The position numbers were made by a program, and so were the translations under genes. The notes below the pieces were generated by a model, which saw nothing but the letters and a program-made list of their open reading frames with translations, had not been told where the DNA came from and ran no database searches. This document shows positions 24,722 to 34,285 of a stretch of DNA of 64,000 nt, one piece after another (the stretch's first letter is position 1; the number at the start of each line of letters is the position of its first letter). Source of the DNA: Verrucomicrobiota bacterium (GTDB lineage: Bacteria > Verrucomicrobiota > Verrucomicrobiia > Opitutales > Opitutaceae); assembly GCA_018239675.1 (NCBI GenBank), contig JAFEGX010000069.1, positions 1,786-65,785 of the forward strand, written 5' to 3'.

Positions 24722-24854
24722 GGAGAGTTGAGGAGCTGAAGGTTGAAAGTTGAAAGACCAGACGGCGCCCGCGGATGCGCTTCAACCTCCAGCGGTGAAG
24801 TGAACCTTGAAAGCGCGGTCGAAAAGAGTCTCCGGCTTTCGACCTTCAACTCCC
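24722..24854. repeat. GTTGAAAG-word hairpin element (family C), ~133 nt
   Basis: Left: GGAGAGTTGAGGAGCTGAAGGTTGAAAGTTGAAAG. Right: GGCTTTCGACCTTCAACTCCCC. Internal words TTCAACC / GTGAAGTGAACCTTGAAAG. Lies between the lytic transglycosylase stop and the lipoprotein start. Confidence 0.7.
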
Positions 24855-25805
24855 CACCGGCGCTGGCAGGCGATCCGGCGTCACTCCCGCGCGCACCGCC
24901 ACGGTGGCGCAGACCTTCGGCACGTACATGCGGGTTTCCGCCGGCAGCGCCGCCGCCACGTCAGCAAAAGTGTGTCCGCCGCGCGACTCGAGGAGCCGGC
25001 GCACCCGGCCCTCGCCGGCGTTGTAGGCGGCGAACGCGAGCGGCCATTCGCCGAACTTGCCATACAGCGTGCGCAGGTAGCGCGCCGCGGCGCGCGCGGC
25101 CTTGGCGGCGTCCGTGCGCTCGTCGGGCAGAAACGTGCTCAATCCGAGCGAGCGCGCCGTCACCGGCATGAGCTGGAACAGTCCCTTCGCGCCGGCCGGG
25201 CTGCGGGCCGCCGGATCCAGGGTCGACTCCACCTCGGCGAGCCACGCAAGCTCCGCCGGAACTCCCTCCGTCGCGAACGCCTCGCGCAGCAGCGGCATGA
25301 GCTGGCCGGCCCGCGCCGGCACCGGACGGCTTCGCACGCGCGCCAGCCAGAGGTCGTAATAGGGCACATTCGTCACGGGCCGCACCGGCCTCACGCCCGG
25401 CCGTGACGGCGGCGGCTTGGTCATCGGTTGCTTCGCGACCTGCCCGGCCGCCTCGATGTAGTCGAGCCGGCCCTCCAGCCAGTCCGCGTAGTCGGAATAG
25501 TCCGGCAGCGCCCGCAACGCCGCCAGCGCTGCCCGCGCCTCCGGTTCGTACTGCGCCAGCACGCTCAGGTCGTTCTGGTCGAGTCCCTGCTGCAGCCGCT
25601 GCGCGAAGGCGTCCCAGCTTTCCTTCGACGGGAACTCGTACTGCTCCTTCACCTCGGGCGGCGCAAACTCGTCGAACAGCTCCTTGCCCGCCTGGTATAG
25701 CTCGTCCGCCGAAGGCTCCGGCGGGGAGGCCGGCGGCGGCGCCGGTTCGGCCGCGGCCGCCACCGTCAGCACGGTGCAGAGGAGACAGAGGGGACGGAAG
25801 CGCAT
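24846..25805 (-). CDS. Lytic transglycosylase (SLT domain), secreted
   Basis: Signal peptide MRFRPLCLLCTVLTVAAA. SLT motifs 'LAEVESTLDPAARSPAGAKGLFQLMP' and 'AAYNAGEGRV'. Confidence 0.85.
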   Translation of the reverse strand: MRFRPLCLLCTVLTVAAAAEPAPPPASPPEPSADELYQAGKELFDEFAPPEVKEQYEFPSKESWDAFAQRLQQGLDQNDLSVLAQYEPEARAALAALRALPDYSDYADWLEGRLDYIEAAGQVAKQPMTKPPPSRPGVRPVRPVTNVPYYDLWLARVRSRPVPARAGQLMPLLREAFATEGVPAELAWLAEVESTLDPAARSPAGAKGLFQLMPVTARSLGLSTFLPDERTDAAKAARAAARYLRTLYGKFGEWPLAFAAYNAGEGRVRRLLESRGGHTFADVAAALPAETRMYVPKVCATVAVRAGVTPDRLPAPVGS

Positions 25806-25936
25806 GGCGACTAGGACCCGCGGGAACCCAACAGGTTGCGGCCCCCGGCGCGAGCCTTCCTCCCGGTTTCCCGCGCGTCGGCCGGCGGTAAGGTTTGACC
25901 CCGTCCCGACGCGCTCTAGTTAGGGCCGCTCCCGCC

Positions 25937-27319
25937 GTGAACCGCGTCCACATCAAGACCTACGGGTGCCAGATGAATGAGCGCGACAGTGAAGCTGTCG
26001 CGGCCATGCTGCGCGCCCGCGGCTACCGGATCGTGGCGGACGAGCACGCGTGCGACATCCTCCTGCTCAACACTTGCTCGGTGCGCGACGCGGCGGAGCA
26101 GAAGGCCATCGCCAAGGCCAGCAACGTCCTTGCGCGCAAGCGCCGCCAGCCGGACTTCGTGCTCGGGATCCTCGGCTGCATGGCGCAGAACCGCGGCGCG
26201 GCGCTGCTCGACCAGCTCCCGGACGTCGACCTGATCGTCGGCACCCAGAAGTTCCACCAGGTGCCCGGCTATCTCGACAACCTGCGGGCGGCCCGCGCCG
26301 CGGGCGTGCCGGTGGGCGAGACCATTGTCGACCTCGCCGAGGAGGCCGGCTCGCAGAACACGATCCGCGACCATGAGCTCGCCGACCGGCAGGTCACCGC
26401 GTTCGTCTCGATCCAGCAGGGCTGCAACATGGACTGCTCGTTCTGCATCGTGCCGAAGACCCGGGGTGACGAGCGCTCGCGGCCGATGGACGAGATTGTC
26501 GAGGAATGCCGGTCGCTCGCCGCCAAGGGCGTCCGGGAGATCACCCTGCTCGGGCAGATCGTCACGAGCTACGGCCGCCGCGACTACACCCACACGTCGG
26601 GCATCAGCCCGTTCGTGCAGTTGATCGAGCGGGTTCAGGCGATCGACGGGATCGCGCGCATCCGTTTCACCTCGCCGCACCCGCGCGGCTTCAAGCAGGA
26701 CCTGGTCGAGGCCTACGGGCGCCTCCCGAAACTCTGCGGTTACGTCCACCTGCCCATGCAGTCGGGCAGCAACCGGATCCTGAAGGCGATGAACCGGCCC
26801 TACACACGCGAGCGCTACCGCGAGATCGTCGACGCGCTGCGGGCGGTGCGGCCCGACATGTATTTCTCGACCGACGTGATTGTCGGTTTCCCCGGCGAGA
26901 CCGACGCGGACTTTGCCGAGACTCGCGAGCTGTTCGAGGCCTGCAACTACGACATGGCCTACATCTTCAAGTACTCGGTCCGGACGGGCACCCCGGCCGC
27001 CACGATGGGCGAGCAGGTGCCGGAGGACATCAAGGAGGAGAGGAACCGGATCCTGCTCGACGTGCTGCGCCGCAATTCCGAGCGGCGCAACGCCACCCTG
27101 ATCGGCACGGTCGAGGAGGTGCTCGTCGAGGGTCCCGACCAGACCGGTCGGCGTTTCACGGGCCGCACGCGCGGCAACCGGGTCTGCGTTTTCGATGCCG
27201 AGGCGCGACTGGTCGGCCAGCTGGTGCCGCTGAAAATAACCCGGGCCAGTGTCAGCACCCTGTACGGCGAACTGGAACTCGCCGGGGTGGGGCACCTGTC
27301 CGGCAGCACCGGGTCATAG
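25937..27319 (+). CDS. miaB: tRNA-2-methylthio-N6-dimethylallyladenosine synthase
   Basis: 'VHIKTYGCQMNERDSE', radical-SAM 'QGCNMDCSFCIVP' and a C-terminal TRAM. GTG at 25937 chosen; the ATG at 25895 is also possible. Confidence 0.9.
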   Translation: MNRVHIKTYGCQMNERDSEAVAAMLRARGYRIVADEHACDILLLNTCSVRDAAEQKAIAKASNVLARKRRQPDFVLGILGCMAQNRGAALLDQLPDVDLIVGTQKFHQVPGYLDNLRAARAAGVPVGETIVDLAEEAGSQNTIRDHELADRQVTAFVSIQQGCNMDCSFCIVPKTRGDERSRPMDEIVEECRSLAAKGVREITLLGQIVTSYGRRDYTHTSGISPFVQLIERVQAIDGIARIRFTSPHPRGFKQDLVEAYGRLPKLCGYVHLPMQSGSNRILKAMNRPYTRERYREIVDALRAVRPDMYFSTDVIVGFPGETDADFAETRELFEACNYDMAYIFKYSVRTGTPAATMGEQVPEDIKEERNRILLDVLRRNSERRNATLIGTVEEVLVEGPDQTGRRFTGRTRGNRVCVFDAEARLVGQLVPLKITRASVSTLYGELELAGVGHLSGSTGS

Positions 27320-27362
27320 TTTATTCTCGTCACGGGGCACCCCGCCGAAGTCTCCTTTCCCA

Positions 27363-27902
27363 ATGTCGCTGTTTCTCGCCACCCTCCTTCCCGGCCTCTG
27401 CTGCGCCGTGCTGGGAGGCCTGCTGGCGTCCAACCTTCCGGTGGTCACCGCCTCGCTGAAGGCCTTCCCGCGCTCGCCGGCCGCCGCCTACCTGCTCTTC
27501 GGCGGCGCCGCGGCCTGGTTCCTGTGGGTGACCTGGAACTCCTCCCCGGCGGATAATTTCGGACACCCGGTGCTTTTCACGGTGGGTTTTGCCGCGGTGG
27601 CGGTGTTTTCCTTCCAGTGCGTGCCGGACTTCCTGGCCGTGCGCGGCCTCGCGGTGCTGGTCCTGCTCGCCGCCTGGCACCTGCGCGGGGCGGCGTACAT
27701 GGAGTACGACCACCCGCAGCGGCTCGTGATGGTCGGCCCGCTCTTCGTCGCGGTGGCGCTCGCGATCTGGCTCGGCGTGCAGCCGTTCCGCCTGCGTGAC
27801 TTTTTTGACTGGCTGTTTTTCCGTCCCGGCCGCACCCGCGTCGCGGGCGGCCTCCTCGCCGCCTACGGGGTGGCCCTGACGATCGTCGCCTTCACCTACT
27901 GA
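27363..27902 (+). CDS. Hypothetical integral membrane protein (~5 TM)
   Basis: ATG at 27363 (MSLFLATLLPGL..) within track ORF 27249..27902. Hydrophobic periodicity throughout. No recognised family. Confidence 0.55.
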   Translation: MSLFLATLLPGLCCAVLGGLLASNLPVVTASLKAFPRSPAAAYLLFGGAAAWFLWVTWNSSPADNFGHPVLFTVGFAAVAVFSFQCVPDFLAVRGLAVLVLLAAWHLRGAAYMEYDHPQRLVMVGPLFVAVALAIWLGVQPFRLRDFFDWLFFRPGRTRVAGGLLAAYGVALTIVAFTY

Positions 27903-27905
27903 CCC

Positions 27906-28511
27906 GTGTCCGCGACCCCGCCGCCCGTCCTCCTCGTCCTCGCCGGACCCGCCGGTTCCGGCAAGAGCACGCTCTGTGACCGCCTGGTGACCGAGGTGCC
28001 TTCGTTTCAGCGGGTCATCACCACCACCACGCGCCAGCCGCGGCCGGGCGAGGTGAACGGCGTGCACTACCATTTTTTCACGCCGGAGGAGTTTGACGCG
28101 AAGCTCGCGGAGAACGCCTTCCTCGAGTGGGCCTGGGTCCATGGCCAGAAGCGCTACGGCACGCTGGCCTCAAGCGTCCTGGAGCCGATGTCCCGCGGCC
28201 AAAGCCTCGTGATCAGCGTGGACGTACAGGGCGTGGAGAGTTTCCGCCGCGCGGCGGCGAGCAATCCGCTGCTCGGCAAACGCATGACGACCATCTTCAT
28301 CGTGGTCGACCGCGAGCGCCTGCTGGCGCGCATGCGCAATCGCGCGCAGGACGACGAGACCGAGATCGCCGCGCGCATGCGGACGGCGGAGCGCGAGCTG
28401 CGCGAGGCGCCGAAGTTCGACTACCTCATCGAGAGCCGCACGCGCGACGAGGACTTCGCGGCGCTGCTCGCGATCCTCGAGAAAGCCCGCGCCCGCGCCG
28501 CGGGAAGTTGA
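27906..28511 (+). CDS. gmk: Guanylate kinase
   Basis: P-loop 'LAGPAGSGKSTL', 'TTTRQPRPGEVNGVHYHF' and 'EWAWVHGQKRYGT'. GTG start. Confidence 0.9.
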   Translation: MSATPPPVLLVLAGPAGSGKSTLCDRLVTEVPSFQRVITTTTRQPRPGEVNGVHYHFFTPEEFDAKLAENAFLEWAWVHGQKRYGTLASSVLEPMSRGQSLVISVDVQGVESFRRAAASNPLLGKRMTTIFIVVDRERLLARMRNRAQDDETEIAARMRTAERELREAPKFDYLIESRTRDEDFAALLAILEKARARAAGS

Positions 28512-28512
28512 C

Positions 28513-28588
28513 GGTTTGAAACCGCTAATCTTCGCTAAGTCCCGCTAATCCTCAGCCGGAATTAGTGGAGATTAGCGGTTCCCAAACC
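28513..28588. terminator. CGCTAATC-word hairpin (family D) between convergent gmk and gnd; candidate bidirectional terminator
   Basis: Outer stem GGTTTGAAACCGCTAATC (28513-28530) / GATTAGCGGTTCCCAAACC (28570-28588). Tandem words CGCTAATC, CGCTAAGT, CGCTAATC, then inverted AATTAGTGG and GATTAGCG. Fills almost the whole 82-nt gap. Confidence 0.5.
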
Positions 28589-28593
28589 TTCGT

Positions 28594-30096
28594 CTACACG
28601 GCGTTCTGCGGACGGGTGGGCTCGGGCCAGTCGAGGTGGAAGAATTTCCCGCGCGGCTGGTCCACGCGCTCGTAGGTATGGGCGCCGAAATAATCGCGCT
28701 GCGACTGGAGCAGGTTGGCCGGCAGGCGCGCGGCCCGGTAGCTGTCGTAGTATGCCAGCGCCGAGCTGAAGGTCGGGGCGGGCACGCCGCATTCCGCCGC
28801 GAGCGAGACCACCTTCCGCCAGTTGGCCTGGGCGTTCTTCACCGTCTTGCTGAAATACGGGTCGAGCAGCAGGTTCGCCAGGTTCGGGTTCCGGGCGTAG
28901 GCCTCGGTGATCTTCTGGAGGAACGCCGCGCGGATGATGCAGCCGCCGCGCCAGATCTGGGCGATCTCCCCGAAGTTGAGCTGCCAGTTGAACTCCTGCT
29001 GCGCCGTGCGCATGAGCTGGAAGCCTTGGGCGTACGAGCAGATTTTCGAGCAGTAGAGGGCGTCGTGGATCGCGGCGACGAGCGCCTTCTTCGAGCCGCG
29101 GTATTTCTTCGACGGACCCTTGAGGATCTTCGCCGCCGCCACGCGCTCCTCCTTGATCGCGGAGATGCAGCGCGCGAAGACCGCCTCGGCGATCGTCGGG
29201 GCGGGCACTCCCATGTCGAGGGCGTTGGTCGAGGTCCACTTGCCCGTGCCTTTCTGGCCCGCAGTATCCAGGACGATGTCGACGAACGGCTTCTTCGTGG
29301 CCGGGTCCTTCTGCTTGAGGATGTCGGCGGTGATCTCGATCAGGAAGCTGTCGAGGCTGCCCTGGTTCCATTCGGTGAAGATCGCACCCATCTCGGCCGG
29401 CTTCAGGCCGAGCAGGCCCTTCATCAGCGCGTAGGCCTCACAGATCATCTGCATGTCGCCATATTCGATGCCGTTGTGGACCATCTTCACGTAGTGTCCC
29501 GCGCCGTTGGCGCCGATGTAGGTGGTGCAGGGGACGCCGCCCGAAACCGGCTTGCCCGGCGCCGCGCCCGGAATTGGCCGGCCGGTCTTCGCATCGACCT
29601 TGGCGGCAACCGCCTCCCAGATGGGCTTCAGTTCCAGCCAGGCCTCGAATTCGCCGCCCGGCATGAGGGACGGGCCGAAGCGGGCACCCTCCTCGCCGCC
29701 GGAAACGCCCGAGCCGATGAAGCGGAGCTGCTTTTCGCGCAGGGCCTTTTCGCGCCGGATCGTGTCGGTCCAGAGCGCATTGCCGCCGTCGATGATGATG
29801 TCGCCCGCCTCGAGCAGCGGCGCCAGGCCGTCAATGACAGCATCGGTCGCCTTGCCCGCCTGGACGAGGATCACGATCTTCCGCGGCTTCGCGAGCGAGC
29901 GGACGAACTCCTCGAGGGTCTTGGTTCCGACCAGGCCGCCTGGAGTGGCGGGATGTTCCGCGACAAACTTGTCGGTCTTCTCGGTGGTGCGGTTGTAGAC
30001 GGAGATCTGAAAGCCGTGGTCGGCGATGTTGAGCGCGAGATTCTGACCCATCACGGCGAGGCCGATGAGTCCGATGTCGGAGCGATCTTTGGGCAT
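28594..30096 (-). CDS. gnd: 6-phosphogluconate dehydrogenase, decarboxylating
   Basis: '[22 protein letters not shown]', 'GGNALWTDT', '[12 protein letters not shown]' and '[13 protein letters not shown]'. Start at the ATG at 30096 (MPKDRSD). Confidence 0.92.
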   Translation of the reverse strand: MPKDRSDIGLIGLAVMGQNLALNIADHGFQISVYNRTTEKTDKFVAEHPATPGGLVGTKTLEEFVRSLAKPRKIVILVQAGKATDAVIDGLAPLLEAGDIIIDGGNALWTDTIRREKALREKQLRFIGSGVSGGEEGARFGPSLMPGGEFEAWLELKPIWEAVAAKVDAKTGRPIPGAAPGKPVSGGVPCTTYIGANGAGHYVKMVHNGIEYGDMQMICEAYALMKGLLGLKPAEMGAIFTEWNQGSLDSFLIEITADILKQKDPATKKPFVDIVLDTAGQKGTGKWTSTNALDMGVPAPTIAEAVFARCISAIKEERVAAAKILKGPSKKYRGSKKALVAAIHDALYCSKICSYAQGFQLMRTAQQEFNWQLNFGEIAQIWRGGCIIRAAFLQKITEAYARNPNLANLLLDPYFSKTVKNAQANWRKVVSLAAECGVPAPTFSSALAYYDSYRAARLPANLLQSQRDYFGAHTYERVDQPRGKFFHLDWPEPTRPQNAV

Positions 30097-30161
30097 AGGA
30101 GGAGGGCCCGAGTTGTACGGGCGTACCGCCTCAAAAACCACCCTCTTTTTCGCGGCGGACA

Positions 30162-30246
30162 GGGGTTGAACGTTGAAAGACGGGCGAACGCCGCCTCCGC
30201 GGGAAATTCCCGCCCCATTCAACCCTCAACTTTCAACCATCAACCG
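30162..30246. repeat. GTTGAAAG-word hairpin element (family C)
   Basis: GGGGTTGAACGTTGAAAGACGGG...CCCCATTCAACCCTCAACTTTCAACCATCAACC, with a central GC hairpin CGCCTCCGCGGGAAATTCCCGCC. Confidence 0.7.
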
Positions 30247-30253
30247 CGCGCCC

Positions 30254-30562
30254 TCAGGGCTTCGGCGCCTGCTGCTGCTTCGCGTTGTAGGAGCCCTTGC
30301 TCGGGAAGAACGGCGCGATCTTGTTGATGACCGGGGTCAGGAACGCCGGCTCGTTTCGCTCGTAGATCCAGTTGAAGCCCACGACTGTAAGGGCGACGAA
30401 GATGATCGCGCCGAGAATCGCCTTGTTCATGCCTGCCACCTTCCGCACCAGGACCACCAGCCCGGCCACGATCAGCACGATCAACCCGATCTTCCACCAG
30501 AATTCCGGCGGAATCTTCTTCAGTTTGTCGACAGTCGTCTCGGCGGCGGCAAGAAACAGCAT
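30254..30562 (-). CDS. Small hypothetical membrane protein (2 TM, 102 aa)
   Basis: Clean ORF with two hydrophobic helices (IGLIVLIVAGLVVLV; AILGAIIFVALTVVGF). No family recognised. Confidence 0.5.
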   Translation of the reverse strand: MLFLAAAETTVDKLKKIPPEFWWKIGLIVLIVAGLVVLVRKVAGMNKAILGAIIFVALTVVGFNWIYERNEPAFLTPVINKIAPFFPSKGSYNAKQQQAPKP

Positions 30563-30712
30563 GCCCGCTGTTTAACACCCAAGCGCGCTGAGACCAGACG
30601 AAATCGGCCAGTGACGGGATTGACGGTTTTTTCTCAGGCGCTGGGGTATTGGCCCGCAACGGGAGTCCCGGCAAATCCTGCGTATCTCGGCGTCTACGAC
30701 CGAACTTAGGAT

Positions 30713-30836
30713 GGCCACGGAGAACACGGAGCCGATCCGGAGGACACGGAGGCTGGCGGTTGGGATTGTGCTCCCACGTGTTCGGAGCGTCGATGCTCCG
30801 TGACCTTGGTGCCGCCCCTGTGATCCCGGTGTCACC
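30713..30836. repeat. CACGGAG-word element (family A, long ~125-nt form), inverted relative to the 44971-45096 copy
   Basis: GGCCACGGAGAACACGGAG...CGGAGCGTCGATGCTCCGTGACC...GGTGTCACCC. Its reverse complement aligns block-wise with 44971-45096 (GGGTGACACCG.., AGGTCACGGAGCATCGA.., GGAGCACAA.., ..CTCCGTGG). Confidence 0.7.
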
Positions 30837-30868
30837 CACCGTCCAATCCAAATCAAAAGTGCCGTGGC

Positions 30869-32077
30869 TCAGGTCCAGGGCCAGAACGGAGCCGTGAACC
30901 CGGCCAGAAACTCCCGCGGTCCTGGCGGCAGCTCGACGAATCCATCGGTCCCGACGAGCCCCGAGAAATCTCCCGAGGTGTTGCTTGGATCCGGCACCGC
31001 GTGCCGCTCTCCGGATGCGCCGGCCTCAAGTCGGACCGGCAGCAGATAGGACAGTTTCGACCCGAAGGCGAACGGCGCGGCGAGCTTCACCGTCTCGCGC
31101 GGCCGCTCCACCCGCCCGCTCGCCTGCGCCAGCGCCGGCAGCACATAGCGGTGCAGGCAGGTGTAGGCCGAGACCGGGTTGCCCGGCAGCGCGAACACCA
31201 GCTTGCCGTCGGGATTCACGCCGAACCACATCGGTTTGCCCGGACGTTGTGCCACACCCTGGAAGATTTTTCTCACCCCCTGGGCGTCGAGTTCGGCCGG
31301 GAGAAAATCAAACTTCCCCTTCGACACGCCGCCGATCACGAGGATCACGTCGAACTCCGCGATGATGTGCCAAAGCATGTGCTCGATCTCGTGCCGCATG
31401 TCGTGGAGATGGAACCGCTCCACGCGGGGATAGCCCGCCTGGATCAGGGCCGCCCGGATCGCGACGTCATTGCTGCGGCGAATCTGGTGCGGCGCCACCG
31501 GGTCGCCCACCTCCACGAGTTCATCCCCGGTCGCGACCACCGCGATCTTCGGCAACTGCGCGACGACCACCCGGGACGCTCCCACCGCGGCCGCCACGGC
31601 AATCTCGCGGCCGGTGAGCGCCACGCCCGCGCGGACAATCACGTCACCCTGGCGATGATCGCTTCCCCGCCGGTGCACGCCGTCGCCCTTCCGCAGCTTC
31701 GTGACCGACGGCTTCACGGTCATTTTCCCCGACTCGGCGCTGGTCTCCTCGTAGGGGACCACGCAATCGGCACCGACCGGCAGCACGGCACCGGTGGCAA
31801 TCTCCACGCACTCGTTTCCCTCGGTCCCGAGCCGAAACGGGCGCATGCCGGCGGCCTGGATGCCGCTGATGGTGAAGGTGCGTTTGCGGGCGCTGAACTT
31901 CGCCGCCTTCAGGGCATAGCCGTCGAGCATCACTCGGTCGAACGGCGGAAGATCGCGGTCCCCGCGCAGGTCCTCGCGCAGGACGCGGCCCTGGGCCTCA
32001 CCCAGCGCGCAGGTCTCGCTGCCGAACACCGGCAGGTGCGCTCGCATCAGTTTTTCCGCCTCGGCTGGGAAGATCAT
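30869..32077 (-). CDS. moeA: Molybdopterin molybdenumtransferase
   Basis: 402 aa. 'PPFDRVMLDGYAL', 'ATGAVLPVGADCVVPYE' and 'VATGDELV', plus 'GGVSKGKFDF' and 'VFALPGNPVSA' MoeA motifs. Confidence 0.88.
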   Translation of the reverse strand: MIFPAEAEKLMRAHLPVFGSETCALGEAQGRVLREDLRGDRDLPPFDRVMLDGYALKAAKFSARKRTFTISGIQAAGMRPFRLGTEGNECVEIATGAVLPVGADCVVPYEETSAESGKMTVKPSVTKLRKGDGVHRRGSDHRQGDVIVRAGVALTGREIAVAAAVGASRVVVAQLPKIAVVATGDELVEVGDPVAPHQIRRSNDVAIRAALIQAGYPRVERFHLHDMRHEIEHMLWHIIAEFDVILVIGGVSKGKFDFLPAELDAQGVRKIFQGVAQRPGKPMWFGVNPDGKLVFALPGNPVSAYTCLHRYVLPALAQASGRVERPRETVKLAAPFAFGSKLSYLLPVRLEAGASGERHAVPDPSNTSGDFSGLVGTDGFVELPPGPREFLAGFTAPFWPWT

Positions 32078-32097
32078 GACGGCAGCAACCCTACGGG

Positions 32098-34080
32098 TCA
32101 GAAGCAGAGGACGTTGACCAGCGAGTTGCCGATGCCGGTCAGCGCCCAGCCGGCGATCAGCCCGGCGCAGATCGGCTCGCAGCCCTCGACCCAGAATTCA
32201 TGGCCCGGCGTGCCGGCCTTGGGGTGTTTCCGGCCCTGCCACCAGAACAGCGCCGCACCAAGCCACATCGTGAACACGTATTCGGGCGGGAGCACCACGC
32301 CGAGGCCGATCGACACTGCGCTCAGCGGGAAACGCCCCTTGGTCACGATGCGCGTCAGTTCGATCGCGGCCGCGCAGGCCGCCGCCACCATCATCGACAC
32401 GACCGCCGAGGCCGGCAGTGACTTCAGGCCGTGGGCGATGAGGTCGGCGACGCCGCGCCATTGGACCGCAGCCGGCATCGCAAACTGGTCCGACACCAGC
32501 GTCGTCACCGAGCGGGTGCCATCTTTCGCCGGCGGGAGGAACAGCAGGTAAAACAGCGGAACCGACGCGAGCGCGCCTGAGAAAATCCCGATCACGTGGC
32601 CGATCGCCTGCTGCCGCGGCTTCGCCCCGAGCATGTAGCCGGGCTTGATGTCGGAGAGGAGATTCGCCGCGTTGCTTGAGATCTCCGCGGTCATGCCGCC
32701 CGGGATCAGGTTGCTGGCCGGATTCGAGCGGTCGAAGACCGCCATCGTGAACTGCGTGATCTTGGCCAGCGAGCCGGTCGGTGTCCACGAGGTAAGCGCC
32801 ATTGAGTTCGTGCAGATGATCGTGAGCACAAAGATCAGCGGGAACGAGATGAATGCCAGCAGCCAGGGCACGCCGAAGAAGTCGTGCGACACCATCGCGC
32901 CCAGGATCGTGAGCAGGGGCACCGCGACGGCCGACATCCACAACGGCAGCTCGACGGACTTCAGCACATCGGGCTCCGCCTGATTGCTCGTCCGCTTGTG
33001 GCGCCGAAAAATCCCGCGGAACAACTCAGGCCGTCCCAGCAGGCTCACGAGCGAACCCACCACCATCATCACCACCGCCCACCACAGCGACCACTGGTTC
33101 ACGATCTCGGCGCGGGTGATCGGGATGATCGTGCCATCGACCGCCACGCGCGGGATGATGTCGCCGTGCTGGATCATGATTGGAGCGAGGATCACGAAGT
33201 TGATGAACGCCCCGAGCAGGCAGCTCGTCGCGACCGCCATGCCCATCAGGCCGCCGACGCCAATCATCGAGAGATCGAGGGTCAGCCGGAGACCGAGCGT
33301 GCGGAAATCCGCGCCGAGGATGGACGGTGTCCACAGGTGAAACCGGGCCGCGAGATCGTAGTAGTACGTGTCGAGGCGTTCCGGCCACACCCACGGTTCC
33401 GCCAGGCCGAGCCACCGGTTCATCCGGAGCAGGGAGAACTGGGTCAGCCGCATGAAGCCGTCGCCAGAGAGAAAATTGACCACCGCCGCGATCGCTGCGC
33501 TCCAACCCAGCAGCCGCGCCTTGTACAGGCCCGCCTCCGCCTTGCCGTGGTAGAGCGCGTCGAGCACGACGCCGGCGGCGCGTCCCTCGGGAAACGGCAG
33601 CTGGTCCTCGTTGATGAAGCGGCGCTTCATCGGAAACGCGAGGAACACTCCCAGCACCGCCACCACCAGCATCCAGGCCAGCATGTGCCACCATGGAATG
33701 ATCTTCCCGGTGACAATCATGTAGGCCGCCAGGGCCGAGATCAGCGGCGAGGTCATGTAGCCGGCCGCGGTGGCGATCGACTGCGTGCAGTTGTTCTCGA
33801 GGATCGTGAAGTCCTGCACCACGCCGCTCTTCGCGAGGGCCCGGTAAAGCGCGAAGGCGAGGATCACGGACGTCAGGCCGACGCCGGTGGTGATGCCGGT
33901 CTTCCCGCCGATGTAGAGATTTGTCGCGGCCAGGATTCCACCAAGGAGAAAACCCGTGACGGCCGAACGGACCGTGAGCTGCGGCATGTCGCCGCGGTAA
34001 ACATTCTCGAACCACCAGCGATCCTTCTGGCTGCGGGTCCAGGTCCGGATCTGCTCGTCGGTCAGTTGGGGTAACGCCAT
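32098..34080 (-). CDS. OPT family oligopeptide transporter
   Basis: 660 aa, many TM. N-terminus 'QLTVRSAVTGFLLGGILAATNLYIGGKTGITTG' and 'GYMLGAKPRQQ' are typical of the OPT superfamily. Confidence 0.85.
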   Translation of the reverse strand: MALPQLTDEQIRTWTRSQKDRWWFENVYRGDMPQLTVRSAVTGFLLGGILAATNLYIGGKTGITTGVGLTSVILAFALYRALAKSGVVQDFTILENNCTQSIATAAGYMTSPLISALAAYMIVTGKIIPWWHMLAWMLVVAVLGVFLAFPMKRRFINEDQLPFPEGRAAGVVLDALYHGKAEAGLYKARLLGWSAAIAAVVNFLSGDGFMRLTQFSLLRMNRWLGLAEPWVWPERLDTYYYDLAARFHLWTPSILGADFRTLGLRLTLDLSMIGVGGLMGMAVATSCLLGAFINFVILAPIMIQHGDIIPRVAVDGTIIPITRAEIVNQWSLWWAVVMMVVGSLVSLLGRPELFRGIFRRHKRTSNQAEPDVLKSVELPLWMSAVAVPLLTILGAMVSHDFFGVPWLLAFISFPLIFVLTIICTNSMALTSWTPTGSLAKITQFTMAVFDRSNPASNLIPGGMTAEISSNAANLLSDIKPGYMLGAKPRQQAIGHVIGIFSGALASVPLFYLLFLPPAKDGTRSVTTLVSDQFAMPAAVQWRGVADLIAHGLKSLPASAVVSMMVAAACAAAIELTRIVTKGRFPLSAVSIGLGVVLPPEYVFTMWLGAALFWWQGRKHPKAGTPGHEFWVEGCEPICAGLIAGWALTGIGNSLVNVLCF

Positions 34081-34212
34081 GAGGACTTTTCACCGCGCAC
34101 CGCGCCCGCGTCGAGCCCAGAGGAGGCGATCGCCCGGATTAGTCCGCCAGCACCAAAGACAGCCTCCTGACGTCGGCTGCTACGCGAACCTCAGAGATCG
34201 CAGCTAAAGACC

Positions 34213-34253
34213 GGCTTGGGCTTCGTGGCCTTCGCGCCCTTCGTGGCGAAATC
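34213..34253. repeat. CACGAAG-word element (family B), inverted copy
   Basis: GGCTTGGGCTTCGTGGCCTTCGCGCCCTTCGTGGCGAAATC is approximately the reverse complement of 18292-18331. Confidence 0.7.
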
Positions 34254-34285
34254 AGCCCCGCTCCACCCCGCCTGCGGCGAATTTC

